Assembly (NCBI GenBank): GCA_965242865.1
Contig: CBDETK010000013.1
Location: 2,336,001-2,400,000, forward strand
Source of the DNA: Candidatus Latescibacterota bacterium
GTDB taxonomy: Bacteria; Latescibacterota; UBA2968; UBA8231
DNA length: 64,000 nt
Direction: 5' to 3'
The notes beneath the pieces are model-generated. The model was not told the origin of the DNA. It made no database searches and saw nothing but the letters and a program-made list of their open reading frames with translations. Both the position numbers and the translations under genes were made by a program. Positions 42,537-51,165 of the stretch are shown here, one piece after another. Every line of letters starts with the position of its first letter. Positions within the stretch are counted from its first letter, which is position 1.

Positions 42537-44341
42537 CGCGCGGCTCCAGCTCGGTTGAACAAGCCCCCGTACAGACGCTGCAACCGCTCGCGCTCGGCCG
42601 GCACGTTATCGACCGCGCGTTGGAGGACGTGCGCCGCCTGTGCCCAATCGCCCACCTGCCCGTAGAGGCGGATCATCTCCACATAGACCCGTAGCAACTT
42701 GGGATTGGCCGCCAGCGCGGCCTCGTAGCAGCGAAAGGCCCCGGCGAGGTCGCGTTGCGCGATCCGCACGTGGGCTAGGTTGAGCCACGGCTCGGCCCGC
42801 TTGGGGACTTCGCGAGTCAGCCGAGCGAAAATTTCTCCCGCGCCCGGCAAATCCCCCAGCACCCCCTTAATGCCCCCCAGATTTAACCACGCCTGCCAGT
42901 ATTCGGGATCTTTAGCTACGGAACGCTCAAACGCGGCGAGTGCCCGCTGGTTGTCGCCAGCCTCGGCGTACGCGTTGCCCAGATTGTAGTGGATCGCCGC
43001 ATCCCCCTCCAGGTCCATGGGGGTTAGGTGGCTATTGGCCGCCAACGCAAAGGCCGCACAGACCACCAGGCCCAGCCCCAAGCTGCGCCAACAGCCCGCC
43101 CGCCCCCACTGCCAAAGCGTCCACAGCCCGTAGGCGGCAAAGACCACCAGCACCGGCAGCACTGGCACCCGGTAGCGCGCCGCCACAAAAAACGCGATCA
43201 CCCCCAGACCATAACTCAGCGCGTAGAGTAGCGGCCACGTCGGCCCAACTCGCCGCACACTCAGCAGCATCCCCCACAGCGCGAGCGGGGCCACCACGCC
43301 AAAGGGAAAGGCAATGCCCGCTTTCCACAACGTCGCCGACAGCACCGTTGAGTACGCGCGCCAGAAGTAAATCGGTTGGTTGCGCCCCCGCTCGTCGCCG
43401 TGCCAAAACGCGCCCAGCTTGTACCCCATCAACCCCAGCCACTCCGTCGGAGCCTCGCGGATATAGCCCCAAGCCCGCTTGGCAAAATAAGCCGACTTGG
43501 CCGAGGGCCGCTCAATCCCCGCCCGCGCCGGTTGAGTCACCAAATCGTCCCACTCCCACCCCGGGCGGATGGCCACGGTGGCCGCATAGTCGGGATTGTT
43601 GCCGATGTACAGGTTGATGCCCGCGTTGTAGGAAATCCCCACCCCGTCGCCGCCGATGGCCCAGTTGCGCCACGCCACCGGCGCGATAGCCAAGAGCACT
43701 CCCAGCGCGAACGCGCCGGCCCAGCCCAGCCGACGCGGCGCGACCCACAGCAGGACGACGGGCACGGCGACCGCAAAGGCCAGCACCGTCGGCACGGCCA
43801 GTGCCCCGACGCCAAAGGCCGCCCCGGCCCCCAAAAACCCCCACCAACTCGGGCGACGCCAGACGCGCAAAAGCACCACTAGGGCCAGCAGATTGACGAA
43901 GGTAGCCAAACAGGCTGGTAGCAGCTCGCCGTCAAAAAAGATCAGCGGCCCGCACAGCGCCGCGCCCAGCCCAGCCATACCCCCCACGGCCGGATTGAAC
44001 AAAGCGCGCCCGATCCACCAGCTCATCGCGCAGACCAGCGCCCCGAGCAGGGCCTGCCCCAAGCGCACGGCGTAAAAAAAGGACTCGCCAGCGAGAACCT
44101 TCACCGCTCCGAGGAAGTACGGGTAGAGCGGCGGCTGCCAAAACGGCCCCTCGCCAACGCCCAACCAATGGCCCGCCGCCAAGCGCACGGCGTGATGGGT
44201 GTAGGTTTTGGCATCGACCGCCGGATGGACAAAGAGCGGACTCGCGTCCAGCTCGAAGATGTAGGCCACCCGCACGGCGAGGGCGAGGACGAAGACGAGG
44301 CCCCCGAGATATGGAGAGCGAAGGTTGGCTACTCGGAGCAT
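42530..44341 (-). CDS. GT39-type membrane glycosyltransferase with C-terminal TPR repeats
   Basis: DA..Y, PPLYPYFL, N.GINLYIGNNP, RYRVP; TPR units HYNLGNAY, AWLNLG. Confidence 0.85.
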   Translation of the reverse strand: MLRVANLRSPYLGGLVFVLALAVRVAYIFELDASPLFVHPAVDAKTYTHHAVRLAAGHWLGVGEGPFWQPPLYPYFLGAVKVLAGESFFYAVRLGQALLGALVCAMSWWIGRALFNPAVGGMAGLGAALCGPLIFFDGELLPACLATFVNLLALVVLLRVWRRPSWWGFLGAGAAFGVGALAVPTVLAFAVAVPVVLLWVAPRRLGWAGAFALGVLLAIAPVAWRNWAIGGDGVGISYNAGINLYIGNNPDYAATVAIRPGWEWDDLVTQPARAGIERPSAKSAYFAKRAWGYIREAPTEWLGLMGYKLGAFWHGDERGRNQPIYFWRAYSTVLSATLWKAGIAFPFGVVAPLALWGMLLSVRRVGPTWPLLYALSYGLGVIAFFVAARYRVPVLPVLVVFAAYGLWTLWQWGRAGCWRSLGLGLVVCAAFALAANSHLTPMDLEGDAAIHYNLGNAYAEAGDNQRALAAFERSVAKDPEYWQAWLNLGGIKGVLGDLPGAGEIFARLTREVPKRAEPWLNLAHVRIAQRDLAGAFRCYEAALAANPKLLRVYVEMIRLYGQVGDWAQAAHVLQRAVDNVPAERERLQRLYGGLFNRAGAARQ

Positions 44342-44378
44342 CCGGCGATCCTATATCTGCTGGACTTTACTACCTTGC

Positions 44379-44480
44379 AAGGATCGAGGGCATCTTGCCC
44401 TCGTTGAGGGCGGGACGCCCTCGATCCCGGCACAGCGGCAACACCAGAAAATGCGTGCTCAAAGTAGGTGTCGCGTACTT
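44379..44480 (+). repeat. REP/MITE-like palindromic element, family B
   Basis: AAGGATCGAGGGCATCTTGCCCTCGTTGAGGGCGGGACGCCCTCGATCCCGG plus shared tail. Confidence 0.85.
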
Positions 44481-44491
44481 AGGAACGCTTC

Positions 44492-47400
44492 TTACTTGAG
44501 CAGCAGCATTTTCTGGACGGCGTGGAACTCGTCGCCCGCCTGCAAGCAGTAGAAATACAGCCCCGACGACAAGCTGTGCCCGCTATCGTCGGTCGCGTCC
44601 CACTCCACTAAGTAGCGGCCGGCGCTCTGATGCTCGGCCACTAGCGTCCGCACCGGCTGACCGACGACATTGTACACGGTCAACTGCACGTTGGCCGCTT
44701 GCGGCAGCGCGTATTGGATCGTCGTCGCCGGGTTGAACGGGTTGGGATAATTGCTCGTCAAGGCAAAGGCGGCCGGCCGCGTCTGAAGCAGCATGGCCGC
44801 ACTCGCGCCGGTCGCGTCCGTCACCGTGTAGGTATAGACGGGCGCACCCTCGGCGGTCGGCGTCCCCGAGATCGTCCGCGTGATCGGGTCAAACGACACA
44901 CCCGTCGGCAGGGCTGGCGACAGGCTATACGTCAGCGGCTCAGTACCGCCGGTGCCCGCTGGCAGCGCGAAAGCCTCTACCGGCTGGCCGACGACGAATT
45001 CGCGGATGGTCGCTCCGTCGGCAGACGCCGTGGGTACGACCTTGCCCGCGCCCAGGAACTGGCTGAGCAAATCGCCAAACGTCAACGTGGCGTTGACCGC
45101 GATGGAAAAGGTCAGCGACGCGGTGGCCCCCGTTCCGTCGGTGGCCGTATAGGTGACGTCGACCGCCTCGTCGGTGGCGTCGTCGGGCGTCCCGGAAATC
45201 GTGCGAGTGGCTGCGTCGAACGATAGCCCCGCCGGCAGCCCCGACACGCTATACGTTACGTCGCCAGACCCGCCCGTCGCTTCCGGCAGTTCCATATCGG
45301 CAATCGCCGCGCCAGCGGTGTACTCTTGGTCCGCGACCGCCATCCCGTCGGCAAAGGCGAGCGGCGTGGCTTCCGGGGGCGTCGTCGTGGCAGCCCCAGC
45401 GTCGGCCAGCGTGATTTGGGCGGAGCCGCTCGTCAAGCCTGCCGCTGAGCCGTTGAGCGTGATCGTCTCGTTGCCTTCGTTCCCTCGGTCGAACGTCGGA
45501 TTGAGCAGCAAGATCAGCGAACCGGAGGTCGCGCCGGCCGGAATGACCAGCGAGGGATTGAACACCGCCGAATAATCCCAATCGCGCCGGGCCTCCGACG
45601 CCGGATCGATCGAAATGGTGACGGGGGTGGCCTCGTCCAGCACTGTGCCGTCCAAGGTCGCCGTGACCGTCAGTTCGATCACTCCCGCGGCGTCCTCGCT
45701 TATGGTGTGCGGCGACACGGACAGCGCCAGCGCCGTACTTGGCGTCTCGTCGTCGGCGATCTGGAGGTCGGTCTGCGCCGAACCGCCGGAAGCGGCGGCC
45801 TGTACGCCAACGTACTTATGGCCATCCACCTCGGCGTTGTCGATGGGAGCGAGGGTGAGCAGCGTCCGCCCTTGGGTCTCGCCGGCGGCCATGACGACCG
45901 AGCCGCCCAGCGCGGCCGTGTAATCCGCATCGCGCACGGCCGGCGTCCCCGTGCTGGGTGCGACAATGGTGAACAGGACCGTCTCGGCTTGGGTCGCCGG
46001 CGCGGCCAACGTCGCCGTCAGGAGGATGGCGGTCGTCGCCTCGTTCTCGCGCACCGACGCATGCGTCGAAGTCAGGCTAGCGACCTTCGCCGTGGGAGCC
46101 GGAGCCGACCCGATCTCAAAGGTCAGGCTGAGGGCATCGGTGTTGACCGGGTCGGGGGCACTGTCAATGACCGTGTAGATGACCGTGGCGGTATCGACCC
46201 TCGTCGGCGTACCTGACAGTGTGCGGGTGGCCGCGTCAAACGACAGCCCGGCCGGCAGGGTCGCCGACACGCTATACGTCTTGTCGCCGATCCCGCCGGT
46301 CGCGGCCGGCAGCACGAACGGCTCAATGGCCGTGCCGACCGTGTACTCAAACACCGTCGATACCACGTCCACATCGTCTGCGAAGCGCAGGACGCCCGGG
46401 GTCGTCGGCACCGTTGGAGTCCCACCTTTCAGCGTCACCACCGTCGTGGTGACCGCGACGTCTTCGTTGTTGTCGTTTTTGACCGGGCTTTTCAGCGCGG
46501 TCAGGCCCACCTTTTTATTGCCGCCCGCGAGCGGAGTGATCGACACGGTCGTCGAGCCGCTGATCTCGCCGGCCGGGATCGTCAGCGTCCGCAGGCGCGC
46601 CGTGTAGTCGGTGTCGCGGGTGGCCGCTTTATCCGCATCATCGAGGTCGCCATCGGCATCGGTATCCAACGTGACGACCAAGACCACGTTCACGTCCTCA
46701 TCGAAACTCTTGCCGTTTACGGTGCCGGTCACCGTAACCTCATCGGCCCCCGTGCCGACCAAGAGTTCAGCCGGCCTCGCCGCCAGCCTGATCTCGGAGG
46801 TCGGCGTCTCGTCGTCCACGATGGTGATCGTCTTTCGCGCCGCCGTTTCGTCCGCGCCGACCCGGGCGACCACATCGAAACTCCACGCCTCATTCTCCAC
46901 CGAGTTATCGACCACGGTGAGGGCGAGCACCGTCCCCGCCGAGGTTCGGCCAGCCGGAATGACGAGATCGCGCAGCGACACCGCGTAATCGATGTCGCGC
47001 CGACCCGCTTGCGGTTCAATGGAAAACGACACCCGCGCATCGTCCTCCAGGGCATTCTCCAAGGTGACTCTCAGGGCGATGGTTTGCTGGCCGCCATCCT
47101 CGCGGACCGTCGCCGGGGTCGCGGTCAGCCCGTCAACCCCTTTGAAATCCGCAAGGGGATCGGCCTTGATCGCAAAGAAATGGGGCGGCACGGAAACCAA
47201 CTGGGGCAAAAGGCTTTCAATCAACCCAAACCTTTCATCCTCCACCGGGTCCGACCGACCCTTGTCATGGACGAACTCGAGCTCGGCCGCCGCGGCCTCG
47301 GCGGCCGCCTCGCTGGGCCACAGATAAAAATCAGCCCGATCGGTAGGGCGCTGGCCATCATTTGCCGGAGGTGTAATCGCCCCATCGCCGTTTAGGTCCA

Positions 47401-48532
47401 GGCCAACTCGCGCTTCCCGAATGAGGCCGGAGCACCGCCCATCAAAGTTGACATCGTGTTGGGAAGGGGGGCCGGTGGAGGTGGGAGTGCAGCCGAGCTG
47501 GGCTTCTGTGAGCTGAATGGGCCGGGGCGGACTCTGCTCGGGCTCGGTAAAAAGCCACACCGTGTCTCTTCTACTCCCATTGAGGTTCAAGTCAACGCCC
47601 TTGAAAACCGCGGTGCTCTTGAGCACGATGCGCCCCGCTTGGCCTTTGGGGTCAATGGTAATCGTCGCCTTGGCCGACGTCCTACCCCGGCGCAGGCGAA
47701 GAGACGCCGACGTCGCCGAGTACTCTGTATCGCGCGTCAGAATCGAGTCGGCAGTAACATCCCCCGGAAAATCAGCGGCATCAACGCCCGCAGCATCGAC
47801 GAAAACCAAGGGAAAGGTCTGGTCCGACCCCAGCGGACCGCCGTTCAAGGTGGCCGTCACGGTAACTTGGGTCGGCCCCGCGTCCTTGCGCAGACTGGCC
47901 GGCGAAAACGAAAGGGCCAACTCACTGCTCAGCTTTTCGTCGTCCGTGACGCGAATCTCGGCTGGCGTAACGGTCTCGTCGCCGGCAAGGCCCTCAATTT
48001 TGAGGACCAGATCGGGATAGCGTTTGGGGTAGTCGTCGTCTAAGCTCCAAGGAATGGTGAACTCGTCGTAGGTGTTGTAAAAACCGCGCTCGTCATTGTC
48101 CTTGGGCGTGAGGGTAATCGTCCCGGTGGCCTCTTTCTTGCCTTTGGGAATCACGAGCGTCGGCAGGGTGATGGCGAAGCGGCTGTTGATGTGGGTGCGG
48201 CTATTGTACCAGTCTTTCCAATCGCCCCCCGGCCGAGTCGCCTGCGTATAGTCGAACCACTCGTTAGCACCATCAGGCACAAAACGGCCATTCTCGCGAT
48301 CAAGCGTGCCGCTGCCGGGCGTGGGAGCCGGACTGGAGCCGACAACCAAGGACACCGCCGTGGTCGCCGGTGCCTTGGCGTCCATTTTGGCGGTCACGGT
48401 GATTGCCATTGTACCGCCCTCCTCGCGCACCGTAGGCTGGTCCACCGCTAGGGTAATCGCCGCGAGCGCGACGCCAGCCCACCCCAACACCAAGCTAACC
48501 GCCAGCAACGCGAAGGGCTTTACCGACGGCAT
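44492..48532 (-). CDS. Large surface adhesin-like protein: Calx-beta/Ig-like and putative Ig (He_PIG) repeats with T9SS type A-like/FlgD tail
   Basis: Signal peptide; repeated V.E...T...ATRD.DY...L.IPAG units; three LP.GLSFD..TRT.SGTP; NYPNPFNP...WD..D..G..LSSGLY. Confidence 0.85.
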   Translation of the reverse strand: MPSVKPFALLAVSLVLGWAGVALAAITLAVDQPTVREEGGTMAITVTAKMDAKAPATTAVSLVVGSSPAPTPGSGTLDRENGRFVPDGANEWFDYTQATRPGGDWKDWYNSRTHINSRFAITLPTLVIPKGKKEATGTITLTPKDNDERGFYNTYDEFTIPWSLDDDYPKRYPDLVLKIEGLAGDETVTPAEIRVTDDEKLSSELALSFSPASLRKDAGPTQVTVTATLNGGPLGSDQTFPLVFVDAAGVDAADFPGDVTADSILTRDTEYSATSASLRLRRGRTSAKATITIDPKGQAGRIVLKSTAVFKGVDLNLNGSRRDTVWLFTEPEQSPPRPIQLTEAQLGCTPTSTGPPSQHDVNFDGRCSGLIREARVGLDLNGDGAITPPANDGQRPTDRADFYLWPSEAAAEAAAAELEFVHDKGRSDPVEDERFGLIESLLPQLVSVPPHFFAIKADPLADFKGVDGLTATPATVREDGGQQTIALRVTLENALEDDARVSFSIEPQAGRRDIDYAVSLRDLVIPAGRTSAGTVLALTVVDNSVENEAWSFDVVARVGADETAARKTITIVDDETPTSEIRLAARPAELLVGTGADEVTVTGTVNGKSFDEDVNVVLVVTLDTDADGDLDDADKAATRDTDYTARLRTLTIPAGEISGSTTVSITPLAGGNKKVGLTALKSPVKNDNNEDVAVTTTVVTLKGGTPTVPTTPGVLRFADDVDVVSTVFEYTVGTAIEPFVLPAATGGIGDKTYSVSATLPAGLSFDAATRTLSGTPTRVDTATVIYTVIDSAPDPVNTDALSLTFEIGSAPAPTAKVASLTSTHASVRENEATTAILLTATLAAPATQAETVLFTIVAPSTGTPAVRDADYTAALGGSVVMAAGETQGRTLLTLAPIDNAEVDGHKYVGVQAAASGGSAQTDLQIADDETPSTALALSVSPHTISEDAAGVIELTVTATLDGTVLDEATPVTISIDPASEARRDWDYSAVFNPSLVIPAGATSGSLILLLNPTFDRGNEGNETITLNGSAAGLTSGSAQITLADAGAATTTPPEATPLAFADGMAVADQEYTAGAAIADMELPEATGGSGDVTYSVSGLPAGLSFDAATRTISGTPDDATDEAVDVTYTATDGTGATASLTFSIAVNATLTFGDLLSQFLGAGKVVPTASADGATIREFVVGQPVEAFALPAGTGGTEPLTYSLSPALPTGVSFDPITRTISGTPTAEGAPVYTYTVTDATGASAAMLLQTRPAAFALTSNYPNPFNPATTIQYALPQAANVQLTVYNVVGQPVRTLVAEHQSAGRYLVEWDATDDSGHSLSSGLYFYCLQAGDEFHAVQKMLLLK

Positions 48533-48533
48533 T

Positions 48534-50594
48534 CTATTCAAGCCGCACACTAACACCTTTTGCTCGCATGGCGGGGATGTGTGTGTTGATTGATGCTGTG
48601 CTGAGGGGATTGCTTCTCAGATCCAGGACGTGTAGGTTGGTTAGTTTGGCTAACGGACCCACGTCCTCAATCTCGTTCTCCTCCAGATGCAGGAGGTCTA
48701 TGGTCAGGCCGGCCAACGGACTTATATCCGAAATAGCGTTCCTGTCCAGGGTCAGCGTTCGCAGGTTGGTCAGGCTGGCCAACGGACTTATATCCGAAAT
48801 AGCGTTCCTGTCTAGGTTCAGCCTTTTTAGGTTGGTCAGGCCGGCCAACGGACTTATATCCGAAATAGCGTTCCTGTCCAGGGTCAGCCATTTTAGGTTG
48901 GTCAGGCTGGCTAACGGACTTATATCCGAAATAGCGTTCCTGTCCAGGGTCAGCCCTTCTAGGTTGGTCAGGCCGGCCAACGGACTTATATCCGAAATAG
49001 CGATCCAACCCAGCCCCAGCCCTTTTAGGTTGGTCAGGCTGGCTAACGGACTTATATCCGAAATAGCGGCCCTGTTCAGGGTCAGCCCTTCTAGGTTGGT
49101 CAGGCCAGCCAACGGACTTATATCCGAAAGATTATAGTTCGACATCAGGTTCAGCGCTCGCAGGTTGGTCAGGTCGGCTAACGGACTTATATCCAAAATA
49201 TCGTTAGCCGACAGGTCCAGCGCTCGCAGGTTGGTCAGGCCGGCCAACGGACTTATATCCGAAAGCTTAAAGTTCGCAAGCAGGTTCAGCGTCCGCAGGT
49301 TGGTCAGGCCGGCCAACGGGCTTATATCCAAAATATCGTTATTTCTCAGGTTCAGCGTTCGCAGGTTGGTCAGGCCGGCCAACGGACTTATATCCGAAAG
49401 CTCGTTCGCATGCAGAACCAGCGTTTCTAGGTTGGTCAGGCCGGCCAACGGACTTATATCCGGAAGCTCGTGCCAGTACAGATATAGCTCTCGTAGCGCC
49501 GTCGCGTGTTCAAGGCCGGCCAAGCTCCGAATGTCATCGGGCGATGATCGACGCGATCCTGACGCTCGGAGCACGGTCAAGCGAGCCAGATCCGCCGGGT
49601 AAAGGGGCTGCCCTTGCGTGAGCCCCAGCACCTCCCGCACCGCCGCCGCCAGATTGGCGTCGGCGAACTCAACGGCTACCGCTTCTGGGTCCGCTTCCCT
49701 TTCTATCACAACGGTTGCCGCGCCCGGGCCCTCTTCTTCCCTTTCGAAGACGTCCGTGTCGTCCGTGCCCACCCAGTACAAGTTGGGCAGGCTATACACC
49801 GGATTCATGTCCGCAATCTCGTTATTCCCTAGCTGCAGCCATCGCAGGTTAGTCAGGCTGGCTAACGGACTCACGTCCGTAATTTTGTTCCCCCACAGCG
49901 ACAGCGTGCGCAGGTTGGTCAGGCTCGCCAACGGACGCACGTCCGCAACCTCGTTCCCCCACAGCGACAGCTTCTGCAGGTTAGTCAGGCTCGCCAACGG
50001 ACGCACGTCCGTAATCTCGTTGCCCTGTAGCTCTAGCACTTGCAGTGCCGTCGCGTGTTCGAGGCCGGCCAAGCTCTCAATGTTTTTATAGCTCGCGTCG
50101 AGGTAGGTCAGGGACGCCAGATCGACCGCGGTAAGAGGCTGCCCGTCCGGGATATCTAGGGCCTCCCGCACCGCCGCCGCCAGATTGGCGTCAGCGAACA
50201 CAATAGCGTCGTTGGTTTCGGCTGGAGTGCTATCGGTTTCGCCGTCGGTCTCGCCATCGGTCTCGCCATCGGTTTCGTTGTCGGTCTCGCCATCGGTCTC
50301 GGGGCTATCGGGGTTTTCTATCGGCCCCTGCCCGCCCGCTTGGGTGCTATCGGCGACGGTCTGGGTACTATCGGTGTCGGTGGTCTGAGTGCTATCGGGG
50401 CTTTCTATCGGCTCCTGCCCGTCAGCCGCGATGTAGGTCTCGTCGTCCAAGAATTCGCACAAGGCACAGGTGGCTTTGCCTGCAGAACGAGAGGCCACCG
50501 GCGAGGAGGTCCGATCCGAGCAGCCCATCCAAGCCCCGACGACGCCCAAAAGGACGAACCCAAACAGGGTTTTTATCGATTTCAGCAGTGACAT
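48534..50594 (-). CDS. Internalin-like leucine-rich-repeat lipoprotein
   Basis: AAGGAG RBS; lipobox WMGC; two FADANLAAAVRE caps; 22-aa repeats NL..L.L..N.ISDISPLAGLT. Confidence 0.93.
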   Translation of the reverse strand: MSLLKSIKTLFGFVLLGVVGAWMGCSDRTSSPVASRSAGKATCALCEFLDDETYIAADGQEPIESPDSTQTTDTDSTQTVADSTQAGGQGPIENPDSPETDGETDNETDGETDGETDGETDSTPAETNDAIVFADANLAAAVREALDIPDGQPLTAVDLASLTYLDASYKNIESLAGLEHATALQVLELQGNEITDVRPLASLTNLQKLSLWGNEVADVRPLASLTNLRTLSLWGNKITDVSPLASLTNLRWLQLGNNEIADMNPVYSLPNLYWVGTDDTDVFEREEEGPGAATVVIEREADPEAVAVEFADANLAAAVREVLGLTQGQPLYPADLARLTVLRASGSRRSSPDDIRSLAGLEHATALRELYLYWHELPDISPLAGLTNLETLVLHANELSDISPLAGLTNLRTLNLRNNDILDISPLAGLTNLRTLNLLANFKLSDISPLAGLTNLRALDLSANDILDISPLADLTNLRALNLMSNYNLSDISPLAGLTNLEGLTLNRAAISDISPLASLTNLKGLGLGWIAISDISPLAGLTNLEGLTLDRNAISDISPLASLTNLKWLTLDRNAISDISPLAGLTNLKRLNLDRNAISDISPLASLTNLRTLTLDRNAISDISPLAGLTIDLLHLEENEIEDVGPLAKLTNLHVLDLRSNPLSTASINTHIPAMRAKGVSVRLE
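48700..49465 (-). repeat. 66/69-bp coding tandem repeat (about 12 LRR units)
   Basis: Recurrent AGGTTGGTCAGGCCGGCCAACGGACTTATATCCGAAA on the + strand. Confidence 0.93.
50230..50300 (-). repeat. 12-bp coding tandem repeat (ETDG/ETDN linker)
   Basis: TCGGT(C/T)TCGCC(A/G) units. Confidence 0.8.
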
Positions 50595-50813
50595 TTTATG
50601 CTCCTTATGGATAGAGGGTAGAAGAAAGGCTCCGTACGCGACAGTACCGGCCAGCCTTCCAAGGATTGAGATTGATAATCGATCCTAGACAAATGACTAA
50701 TGGTTTGGGGTAGTCGTTGTCAAGGAACCAAAGAATGATGAATCGCCGCGCATCAGCGCAACGATCATCCAGCCTTTGAGTGAGGCGAAAAGATCGTAGT
50801 CTAACGAAAAAAT

Positions 50814-50862
50814 GGGGGGGGGGGGGGGGGGGGGGTAACTGCTTGTCTTTCAACGACTTACG
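50814..50862 (-). promoter_or_regulatory. Dyad motif followed by a 22-nt homopolymer (C22 on minus strand) upstream of the LRR gene
   Basis: Minus strand CGTAAGTCGTTG AAAGA CAAGCAGTTA-C22; G run at 50814-50835. Confidence 0.6.
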
Positions 50863-51165
50863 GCATTCATTGAAGGTAAAATATCGGCACTGGCAGGACG
50901 AGGGGGGCGGCGCGGCAGGCTGGGCCAGCGGCAACGGCATCGCCAATGTGGAGTGGTTTCTCATCGTCTAATCCATCCGACAAGCGGAACCTTCAGGGCT
51001 ACCAGTCAAGCTCAATGAAACGCCAAAGAAATCGTTTTGTCAAGAACTCGTCTCGGCCAGCCCCGCTCGTTTCGCTGGCCTTGACCCGCTCGGCAACCGA
51101 CTCAACGAGCACGACGAGCAGCGCATCCGGTTGAAGGAAGGCAAAAGGCGATTTTCACCGATTAG

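Noticed and set aside
48700-49465. Constant ~37 bp plus variable ~30 bp pattern resembling a CRISPR array
   Set aside because: Period is 66/69 bp in frame within an LRR ORF; the variable parts are related to each other; no cas genes
50605-50964. 119-aa ORF containing poly-Pro
   Set aside because: No recognisable domain; arises from the G22 tract and does not need to join the LRR gene, which has its own RBS and lipobox
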